From a bacterium (lineage in GTDB: Bacteria; UBA6262; WVXT01), in assembly GCA_046759165.1 (NCBI GenBank), contig JBHIBS010000026.1, positions 1 through 20,428 on the forward strand: 20,428 nt of DNA, written 5' to 3'. Numbering within the stretch: the stretch's first letter is position 1; each line of letters opens with the position of its first letter. This document shows positions 1-7,071 of the stretch, piece by piece. The position numbers were made by a program, and so were the translations under genes. The notes beneath the pieces were generated by a model. That model was not told the origin of the DNA. It saw only the letters and a list, made by a program, of their open reading frames with translations, and ran no database searches.

Positions 1-10
1 CAATCTTCCT

Positions 11-484
11 CTAGAACTCTCTGAGTGAAACTATACTATAAGCAGCTATCCCTTCGCCGTGACCAATCCATCCCAATTCTTCATTCGTTGTGGCCTTAAT
101 ATTTATTGCTTCTCGACTAATCTTTAGAACCCTGCTAACATTCTTTTCCATTTCTTCAATATAGGGCAAAAGATGTGGCTTCTGAGCTACAATCACCGAA
201 TCGAGATTATTTACCTGAAAATTTCCTTCAATCATAATTTCAGAAACTTTCCCCAAAAGAATCAGGGAGGAGATATCTTTATACTTTGGGTCGCTATTCG
301 GGAAATGGCGGCCTATGTCACCCTTTCCTAATGCACCAAGAATTGCATCACAAATCGAATGGGTTAGAACGTCCGCATCGGAGTGGCCAAACAGTCCTTT
401 CTCAGAAGGTATTTCCACACCTCCCAACACCAATCTTCTGCCTGTAACCAGCCGATGGACGTCGTAGCCAATACCCACCTTCAT
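11..484 (-). CDS. ispF: 2-C-methyl-D-erythritol 2,4-cyclodiphosphate synthase
   Basis: 157 aa; motifs GIGYDVH, GHSDADV, GDIGRHFP, INIKATT; directly downstream of ispD. Confidence 0.97.
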   Translation of the reverse strand: MKVGIGYDVHRLVTGRRLVLGGVEIPSEKGLFGHSDADVLTHSICDAILGALGKGDIGRHFPNSDPKYKDISSLILLGKVSEIMIEGNFQVNNLDSVIVAQKPHLLPYIEEMEKNVSRVLKISREAINIKATTNEELGWIGHGEGIAAYSIVSLREF

Positions 485-508
485 AATGATTACCTATAAA
501 GTTAGCTA

Positions 509-534
509 TAAGGGTTCGATAAATCGAACCCCTA
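509..534 (-). repeat. REP-like hairpin, GGGTTCGAT-nn-ATCGAACCC family
   Basis: taagggttcgat-aa-atcgaaccccta, 12-bp stem with 1 mismatch; near-identical copy at 18616-18640 ends in CCCCTACA (TGTAG tag on minus strand). Confidence 0.8.
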
Positions 535-542
535 AATTAGGA

Positions 543-558
543 CAGAGCTTCACTCTGC
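543..558 (-). repeat. Short hairpin repeat, GCAGAGC-TTC-GCTCTGC family (degenerate copy)
   Basis: cagagcttcactctgc; related copies at 5999-6015 and 18694-18710. Confidence 0.65.
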
Positions 559-572
559 CACCACACTCCAGT

Positions 573-735
573 TAATGCGAGAGAATTTGGTGTAGCGAGC
601 ATTAGAATTTTTGGCCAAAAATCGAAGAAAAGAGTTTAGCCGAAACTGAGCGACTTGCCCTTTCGGTAAACTCCTGAGATTTTTGGCGGTGCTCGAAGAG
701 CAAAAAATTGTCAGCAAGCGAACCAAATCCCGAGC
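573..735. repeat. Palindromic repeat module M carrying a 119-nt nested segment (601-719)
   Basis: 573-600 matches 18787-18814 (27/28) and 720-735 matches 18815-18830 (15/16); the inner segment forms nested stems. Confidence 0.85.
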
Positions 736-739
736 ATAT

Positions 740-772
740 ATTCCTTAGCGATGAACAAACCATCTTTCAATT
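740..772. repeat. 33-nt repeat module T (right end of putative MITE-like element)
   Basis: attccttagcgatgaacaaaccatctttcaatt; 29/33 identical to 15975-16007, also similar to 6211-6242. Confidence 0.85.
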
Positions 773-787
773 ACCCAGAGTTACCTT

Positions 788-1480
788 CTAAAAAGGTTTT
801 CCTGATAATAGTGTCTCGGCAAGGATTAAGTCTTCTCTGGTAGTAATTTTCATATTGCGGTAGTCACCTGAGATAACTTTTACTGGTTTGTTCATCCTTT
901 CCACCAACTGAGCGTCATCAGTGCCATAAAATTTATCTTTCAAGGCTTTAGCATAAGCTTTCTTAATCAAACTGAGCCGGAATGTCTGTGGAGTCTGAAC
1001 TCTCCAGAGATATTCACGAGGAAGCGTTCTCTCTATAACGCCTTTCATGTTTACCATTTTGACAGTGTCAGTCACAGGAACGGCCACAACGCAGGCTCTA
1101 AATTTCCTTGCCTTAGCAATAGATTCAACTATCATCTTTCTGCTGACAAACGGCCTCACTCCATCATGAATAATTACTATCTCATAATCCGAAGACACAA
1201 GGGCAAGTCCGCAAGCCACCGAGTCCTGTCTCCGTGCTCCGCCGCTAATTACCTCTATCTTTTTTCTATATCCATACTTTTCTATAATTTCTTTCTGACA
1301 ATACCTTTTCCAACCCCTGGGGATAACCAGAATTATCTTGTCAACTCTATCTATTGAGTCAAATACATCCAGACTATATGCCAGAATTGGTTTAGAGCCG
1401 ACAGAGAGGAACTGTTTCTTTGTTGAATGTCCCGTCCTTTTTCCCCTGCCAGCAGCAACGATAATTGCTACTACTTTCAA
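788..1480 (-). CDS. ispD: 2-C-methyl-D-erythritol 4-phosphate cytidylyltransferase
   Basis: 230 aa; AAGRGKR, GGARRQDSV, IHDGVRPF, QTPQTF, TDDAQLVE, NMKITT motifs; TTG start preceded by GAGGT. Confidence 0.97.
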   Translation of the reverse strand: MKVVAIIVAAGRGKRTGHSTKKQFLSVGSKPILAYSLDVFDSIDRVDKIILVIPRGWKRYCQKEIIEKYGYRKKIEVISGGARRQDSVACGLALVSSDYEIVIIHDGVRPFVSRKMIVESIAKARKFRACVVAVPVTDTVKMVNMKGVIERTLPREYLWRVQTPQTFRLSLIKKAYAKALKDKFYGTDDAQLVERMNKPVKVISGDYRNMKITTREDLILAETLLSGKPF

Positions 1481-1510
1481 AGGTTACCTCTCTTCTCAGA
1501 AATCGTCTGT

Positions 1511-2494
1511 TCATTCTTCCACAAGGCGGGCAAATATCATCCGTCCGGCGGCAGTCTGTAAAATACTATTCACCATTACGTCAACTTTTCTGCCAATATG
1601 TCTCCTTCCATCTTCAATTACCACCATCGTTCCATCGTCAAGATAAGCCACTCCCTGTTTGGGCTCTTTTCCCTCTTTTAGAACGAAGACCTTCATTGCC
1701 TCGCCGGGCAGAACTGGCGGTTTAATTGCATTGGATAGCTCGTTGACATTCAAAACAGCAATTCCTTGTACCGCAGCAACTTTGTTTAAGTTGAAGTCGG
1801 CAGTCAGAATCCTGGCATCCAGTTCCTCAGCCAATTTTACTATCTTCGCATCCACTTCTTCAATTTTTGGATAATCTTTCTCAAAAATCTTAGCTGAGGC
1901 CTGTTTAGTTTCCTGGAGTCTCTTTAAAATGTCGAGCCCCCTCCTGCCCCGGTTCCTCTTTGAGGAGTCTGGTGAATCGGAAATTTCTTGCAGTTCTTTC
2001 AGAACGAAAATGGGGATTACCAGAGTTCCCTCTAAAAATTTGGTCTCGCAGATATCAACAATCCTACCGTCAATTAGGGCGCTGGTGTCGATGACCTTCA
2101 TCGTCGCACCGCCTCTTCGCTTACTGGAAAGGGTGATGTTTCTATCCAGGAGTTCTAATTCATCTTTCTTTCTAATGGCCAGGAGCATTCCGATATAAGC
2201 CAGGACAACCTTTATTAAAAGGGAATAGGACCTAAAGAACGTCTCCACAGCGGGATTCTCCATCAATGCTACCGAATAGTCGATGAGTTTAGCAGCAATT
2301 AATCCAAGAATTATTCCAATACCACCAGCTACCATTGTATCGAGGGCAACTTTTTCAATAAGTATCTCTACAAGGATAACCAAAATTGCAGCACCCGTTC
2401 CGATTAGAATACCCTTGGCACCTGGGGAGATCTGAAAATAACCAATGATTGGCCCAGCAATAATAACTAATAGGCGAACAATCCAGATAAACAA
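1511..2494 (-). CDS. Membrane-anchored PIN/TRAM domain protein (YacL-like putative nuclease)
   Basis: Hydrophobic N-terminal helices, PIN motifs DTSALIDGRI and TADFNLNK, TRAM region YLDDGTMVV...QTAAGRMIF; usual radA-yacL-ispD context; TTG start with GAGGAGGTG RBS. Confidence 0.92.
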   Translation of the reverse strand: MFIWIVRLLVIIAGPIIGYFQISPGAKGILIGTGAAILVILVEILIEKVALDTMVAGGIGIILGLIAAKLIDYSVALMENPAVETFFRSYSLLIKVVLAYIGMLLAIRKKDELELLDRNITLSSKRRGGATMKVIDTSALIDGRIVDICETKFLEGTLVIPIFVLKELQEISDSPDSSKRNRGRRGLDILKRLQETKQASAKIFEKDYPKIEEVDAKIVKLAEELDARILTADFNLNKVAAVQGIAVLNVNELSNAIKPPVLPGEAMKVFVLKEGKEPKQGVAYLDDGTMVVIEDGRRHIGRKVDVMVNSILQTAAGRMIFARLVEE

Positions 2495-2578
2495 TAATTT
2501 TCACCTCCTCGTCTTTCGCTTCATCACTATAGAGAAGTTACTCTCATTACCTTAAACAATTCATTATAATGCAGACCC

Positions 2579-3946
2579 TCAAGTCCGCCCGAGACGCAGT
2601 TTTTCAACAGCTTCATTGACTGTAGAGACACCAATTAAATCTATTTTTCTCTTCTTGTGGAATTCTTTCAGGTTATGACTGGGTAATATGCAGGTTTTGA
2701 AGCCCAACTTTTCCGCCTCACTTACCCTTTTTTCAACAAGAGTTACTCCCCGCACCTCACCTGCTAAACCAACTTCACCAATAACCACTACCTTTTCACC
2801 AATAGGTCTATTCTTCACTCCCGAATAGATAGCTGCTATAACGCCCAGGTCACAGGCAGGTTCATAAATTTTCACGCCTCCGGCAATATTCAAGAAGATA
2901 TCGGAATTTTCCAAATGGAGACTGAAATTTTTTTCCAGTACCGCTACCAGCAAAAGGACTCTATTGTAGTCCAATCCGCTAGCCTGTCGCCTTGGCAGGT
3001 TAAAATTTGCTCTTGTGACCAGAGCCTGCAGTTCAACTAAAAGGGGTCTGGTTCCCTCTAAAAGTGCCACAACAACTGTCCCTGCAGTGGGAATGCGTCC
3101 CTCCAGAAAAATCTGTGAGGGATTCAAGACCTGTTGCAATCCATCGCCCTTCATCTCAAAGATGCTGATTTCCGAGGTGGTTCCATACCGATTCTTCTCC
3201 GCCCTCAAAATTCTATATAAGTGATCCTTGGACCCTTCAAAGTAGAGAACTGTATCTACTATATGTTCTAACACTTTTGGGCCTGCAATTGCTCCCTCTT
3301 TAGTGATATGTCCCGAAATGAAGACTGGGATCCTTTTGGATTTGGCTAAATAGAGGAGTTCCTCAGTGCACTCTTTAACCTGGCCCACACTTCCCGGTGA
3401 ACCACCAAAACCATCATGGTAAACCGTTTGAATTGAATCAATAATTACAAATTTCGGTTCGATCTCTTTAATCTGATTAATTATCTCTTTAAGATTTGTC
3501 TCAGAGAATATTATCAATTCTGGAGAATCTATTTTCAACCTCTCAGCTCGCAGCTTTACCTGTTCTAGAGATTCTTCTCCGGAAATGTATAAGCATCTTT
3601 TCCCCGAAGCTGCCAGATTCCCCCCCACCTGTAAAAGTAGAGTCGATTTGCCGATACCAGGGGAGCCAGCTAAGAGGACAACTGAGCCAGCCACAACTCC
3701 CCCTCCTAAAACGTGATCGAACTCCGATATTCCTGTGACAAACCTCTCCTCGGCCTGAGGCTTGATAGAACTGATTGGACTTGGCTTTGCTGTAGAAAGC
3801 CTCCGTTCTTCCCTCAAGCTAACATCTATATCCAATCTCTCCTCAATTAAACTGTTCCACTTCCCACAGGTAGGACACTTGCCCAACCAGCGGGCGGATT
3901 GATATCCACATTCCTGACAAATAAAGGTCGTCTTTACTTTCGTCAA
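2579..3946 (-). CDS. radA: DNA repair protein RadA/Sms
   Basis: Zinc finger CQEC...CPTC, Walker A GSPGIGKST, KNRYG motif, Lon-like C-terminal region. Confidence 0.97.
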   Translation of the reverse strand: MTKVKTTFICQECGYQSARWLGKCPTCGKWNSLIEERLDIDVSLREERRLSTAKPSPISSIKPQAEERFVTGISEFDHVLGGGVVAGSVVLLAGSPGIGKSTLLLQVGGNLAASGKRCLYISGEESLEQVKLRAERLKIDSPELIIFSETNLKEIINQIKEIEPKFVIIDSIQTVYHDGFGGSPGSVGQVKECTEELLYLAKSKRIPVFISGHITKEGAIAGPKVLEHIVDTVLYFEGSKDHLYRILRAEKNRYGTTSEISIFEMKGDGLQQVLNPSQIFLEGRIPTAGTVVVALLEGTRPLLVELQALVTRANFNLPRRQASGLDYNRVLLLVAVLEKNFSLHLENSDIFLNIAGGVKIYEPACDLGVIAAIYSGVKNRPIGEKVVVIGEVGLAGEVRGVTLVEKRVSEAEKLGFKTCILPSHNLKEFHKKRKIDLIGVSTVNEAVEKLRLGRT

Positions 3947-3953
3947 TGCTACC

Positions 3954-5219
3954 TCACCTTAAAACAATACCTATACTGCTATTGACCGTGCCCTGATTCA
4001 ATATATCCTCACCATTTATTCCAAGATAACACCAATCGTTTATCCTGAACTTCGTTCCGATATTGAACCAGGCTCTTTTTCTCGAAAAGCGAAAAACTTC
4101 TGCATCGATTTCTACTCTGTCTTTAATTGGCCAGAAAGCTCCACCAAAACCACCACTTGAGCGAATAACCCCACCATATACAGAAAATAGTCCCAAATTT
4201 TTTCCCACCTTCACAGTTATACTATTTATTTTCTGGTCACCCGAATCGCTTGCACTATTACTTTCTCCAATATTGTTTACTGAAAAGTAGTAGAACCTCT
4301 CCGCGCCAGGAATCAAGTAGAGACCAAGGTCGCTTCTGAGCTTCTCCTCATTTAAATTATAATTTAATTGGTAATCCCATGCCATTCTGAAACCAGAAGT
4401 TCTCTGCAAAATCTTCTTAGCCTCTTGTGAACTCTCTTGGAGACCAGTTACCACCTGTTCTATTTGTTCCGCCATCTTTTCATCGCTCAATAGCCTTCCC
4501 ATCGCTCCCTCCCCTCTATTGAGCTTTTCTGCAACTTCGGCGATTCCATCCAGTGTCTTCTCGAGCTTTTCAAGCGAACTGGTGATACTTTCCTGACTTA
4601 AACTATCAGTTATTTCCTTTGCATTAGCTGAGAGCTGTTGGAGATTCTTAATTGTCTCCTTTAGCTCTTGCCCTTCAGCGCCTAAGGCTCTATTCAATTT
4701 CCAGGTGACATCTCCAATATTATCCAGAATTAATCCCAGAGACTTGCCCAATTCCTGTTCTTTGCCAATCCCTTCTATTTTCTCCACCAGATCTCCCACG
4801 CCAAGTAAGACTTTTTCCAAAGCCCTATCAATAACAACAGGCTCAATACCCATAATAGTATCCCCATGCTGAAGCAGTGGCTCTTTTTCTGTACCGGAAG
4901 TAATTTCTAGATACTTCGTGCCAACAATCCCGAAAGAGACAATCTTAGCCCGTGCGTCCTTATGGATTCTCACATCATTTTTTATGGAAGCAACCACCCG
5001 AGCTTTATCCCCAAGCAGTCTGATATCTGTAACTTTCCCTACGACCACTCCTGCTCTCCTCACCTGGGCTTTTTCAGGAAGTCCGCCAACATTGTTGAAA
5101 AGGATTTTTATCTTATACCGCCTTTCCAAATGGATATCTCCAAGAAGAATAGTCACCATTGCTAAAGCTGCCAGACCGGCCAGAACAAAAAGCCCTACCT
5201 TTGTTTCCTGAGTTAACAT
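3954..5219 (-). CDS. mlaD: MCE/MlaD family protein with long helical linker and predicted C-terminal beta-stranded domain
   Basis: ETKVGLFV plus one TM helix, MCE motifs (GGL...V..AGV.VGKV, GIVGTKYLEIT); follows mlaE-mlaF; start set to ATG 5219 after GGAG. Confidence 0.9.
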   Translation of the reverse strand: MLTQETKVGLFVLAGLAALAMVTILLGDIHLERRYKIKILFNNVGGLPEKAQVRRAGVVVGKVTDIRLLGDKARVVASIKNDVRIHKDARAKIVSFGIVGTKYLEITSGTEKEPLLQHGDTIMGIEPVVIDRALEKVLLGVGDLVEKIEGIGKEQELGKSLGLILDNIGDVTWKLNRALGAEGQELKETIKNLQQLSANAKEITDSLSQESITSSLEKLEKTLDGIAEVAEKLNRGEGAMGRLLSDEKMAEQIEQVVTGLQESSQEAKKILQRTSGFRMAWDYQLNYNLNEEKLRSDLGLYLIPGAERFYYFSVNNIGESNSASDSGDQKINSITVKVGKNLGLFSVYGGVIRSSGGFGGAFWPIKDRVEIDAEVFRFSRKRAWFNIGTKFRINDWCYLGINGEDILNQGTVNSSIGIVLR

Positions 5220-5223
5220 CAAT

Positions 5224-5979
5224 TTACTCCCTTAACTTGATCTTTATGGGTCCCTGGCTCGAGCCAGTAATAAATTGTCTCACCACAGAATTTTTCGTTT
5301 CCCTTATTTCTTCTGGCGTTCCTGTCTCTTCTATCCGGCCCTGGTAAAGCATGGCAATCCGATCAGAAATCTTATAGGCAGTGACCATATCGTGGGTCAC
5401 AGCAACAGAAGTTATCCTCAGCTTCTGTTGTAAATCTAAAATTAGACTATTAATTGCATCGGCCATAATTGGATCAAGGCCAGTTGAGGGTTCATCGTAA
5501 AGAATATACTCAGGGTTCATGGCAATTGCCCGGGCAAGCGCCACTCTCTTCTTCATTCCTCCAGAAAGTTCAGCAGGCATTAGCCCTTCAATGCCCTCCA
5601 GGCCGACCAGGGAGAGTTTTTCGGAAACCCTCTTCCTTATTTCTCTTTCTTCCAAATCTGTCAACATACGCAAACCAAAAGCTATATTTTCTCCTACCGT
5701 TAAAGAATCGAAAAGAGCAGCTCCCTGAAAGAGCATACCGAATTTCTTTTGAACCTCAGCCAATTCCTCCATTCCCAATCTGGTGATTTCCTGGCCATCT
5801 ACTTCGATTTCACCAACTTCCGGCTTCAACAGCCCAACAATATGTTTTAAAAGGACGCTCTTCCCACAGCCACTCCCACCTATTATGGTAATTGTCTGTC
5901 CTTTTTCTATCTCGAGGTTCACTCCCCGTAGAACTCCATTATCTCCAAAGCTCTTATGAACATTCTTAATCCTTATCAT
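5224..5979 (-). CDS. mlaF: ABC transporter ATP-binding protein MlaF/Mkl
   Basis: Walker A GGSGCGKS, LFQGAALFDSL, LSGGM, ILYDEP, VTHD; start trimmed to MIRIKN because the longer ORF start runs into repeat DNA. Confidence 0.94.
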   Translation of the reverse strand: MIRIKNVHKSFGDNGVLRGVNLEIEKGQTITIIGGSGCGKSVLLKHIVGLLKPEVGEIEVDGQEITRLGMEELAEVQKKFGMLFQGAALFDSLTVGENIAFGLRMLTDLEEREIRKRVSEKLSLVGLEGIEGLMPAELSGGMKKRVALARAIAMNPEYILYDEPSTGLDPIMADAINSLILDLQQKLRITSVAVTHDMVTAYKISDRIAMLYQGRIEETGTPEEIRETKNSVVRQFITGSSQGPIKIKLRE

Positions 5980-5996
5980 ACTTTGAGCTTCCCCAT

Positions 5997-6021
5997 TAGC
6001 AGAGCTTCGCTCTGCCGCTAC
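5997..6021 (-). repeat. GTAG-tagged REP-like hairpin, GCAGAGC-GAA-GCTCTGC family
   Basis: Perfect 7-bp stem 5999-6005/6009-6015; minus strand reads GTAGCG-GCAGAGC-GAA-GCTCTGC-TA. Confidence 0.75.
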
Positions 6022-6029
6022 CTTCAACC

Positions 6030-6053
6030 GCACGATTTGAAATCGCGCCTACA
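6030..6053 (-). repeat. GTAG-tagged REP-like hairpin (left member of an inverted pair)
   Basis: Minus strand TGTAG-GCGCGATTT-C-AAATCGTGC; partner at 6184-6207 in the opposite orientation. Confidence 0.7.
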
Positions 6054-6054
6054 A

Positions 6055-6172
6055 TGTCATTGCGAGCGACTGAAAGGAGCGTGGCAATCGACCCGAAGGG
6101 TCGTTGAGAGGGCGAAGCCCGTGGCAACCTCGTGCTAAATTACGAGATTGCTTCACTTCGTTCGCAATGACA
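6055..6172 (+). repeat. GTCATTGCGAG...CGCAATGAC palindromic element (CGTC-tagged/RPE-like) with internal 40-nt insert
   Basis: Perfect 11-bp terminal inverted repeat tgtcattgcga (6055-6065)/tcgcaatgaca (6162-6172), 14/15 when extended; three internal hairpins; cgtggcaa duplicated at 6080-6087 and 6120-6127. Confidence 0.85.
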
Positions 6173-6183
6173 GCATAATCAAA

Positions 6184-6207
6184 TGTAGGCACAAATTCAA
6201 TCTGTGC
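6184..6207 (+). repeat. GTAG-tagged REP-like hairpin (right member of an inverted pair)
   Basis: TGTAG-GCACA-aattcaatc-TGTGC. Confidence 0.65.
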
Positions 6208-6210
6208 ATA

Positions 6211-6242
6211 ATTCTCAGCGATAAACAGGCTATCTTTTAATT
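6211..6242. repeat. Repeat module T (second copy)
   Basis: attctcagcgataaacaggctatcttttaatt; 27/33 versus 15975-16007 (one gap). Confidence 0.8.
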
Positions 6243-6249
6243 CTACATT

Positions 6250-7071
6250 TCAAAAATGGGTGGCTCCAATTCCAATGGAGACCAGAAAAGCTGTCAAGAA
6301 ATAGTCTGAAATCAAAATTAAGACCATAGAAGTTACTACTGCAGAAGTGGTTGCTCTCCCGACACCTTGTGCTCCACCTTCACAGGTGAATCCCTTATAA
6401 CAACAGACCATAATAATGATTAAGCCAAAAAAGAGAGACTTTATTAGACCTTGATATACATCGTCAATCCGCAGAAAATTTAGGATTTCATCTCGATAAA
6501 CAGTTGCCGGAATATTAAACGAATAGACGCTAACCACAAGTCCGCCCAGAACACCAATAATATCTGCAAAGAGAGTGAGGATGGGAATCATAATCAGACA
6601 GGCCAGAAACCTGGGGACTGCTAAATACTTAACAGGATTTGTCCCCAAAGTATAGAGAGCATCGATCTGCTCTGTAACCTTCATTGTCCCCAGCTCTGCC
6701 GCTATTGCTGCACCAACTCTACCAGCTAAAACCACAGAGCCTGTAACTGGACCCAGTTCCTTAACCATTGAAAATCCAACAGCCATTCCCACATAGACAG
6801 GCTCACCAAAAAAATTGCTGAAAGCATACCCGGTCTGTAGAGCTAAAACCATGCCTGTAAATAGAGCAGTAAGTCCGATTACTGGAAAGGACCTTACCCC
6901 GATCTCCATCATCTGACTTACAATGTCTTGGCTCCTTAGCGGTCGGCGACCAATCCAGTAGATTGTCTGCCGGAATAATTCTGTTATCCGGCCCAAGCTA
7001 CTCGTTGCATCTAAAATTCTCTCGCTTATGTATCTCAAGAATCTATTCTCCACTTTCTCACCCAAGCTCAA
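6250..7071 (-). CDS. mlaE: ABC transporter permease MlaE
   Basis: [48 protein letters not shown] start overlaps the upstream TGA. Confidence 0.95.
   Translation of the reverse strand: MSLGEKVENRFLRYISERILDATSSLGRITELFRQTIYWIGRRPLRSQDIVSQMMEIGVRSFPVIGLTALFTGMVLALQTGYAFSNFFGEPVYVGMAVGFSMVKELGPVTGSVVLAGRVGAAIAAELGTMKVTEQIDALYTLGTNPVKYLAVPRFLACLIMIPILTLFADIIGVLGGLVVSVYSFNIPATVYRDEILNFLRIDDVYQGLIKSLFFGLIIIMVCCYKGFTCEGGAQGVGRATTSAVVTSMVLILISDYFLTAFLVSIGIGATHF

Noticed and set aside
1-10. Possible TTG start of a next gene at the left edge
   Set aside because: Only three coding bases would be in the window; unsupported
485-787. CRISPR array, tRNA or known riboswitch in the structured spacers
   Set aside because: No regularly spaced direct repeats with unique spacers, no cas gene, no cloverleaf/TTCRA arm pattern, and no T-box or riboswitch consensus that I could recognise
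5956-6138. 60-aa plus-strand ORF and the 18-aa N-terminal extension of MlaF
   Set aside because: Both are read-through of palindromic repeat DNA; the family-typical MlaF start is ATG 5979
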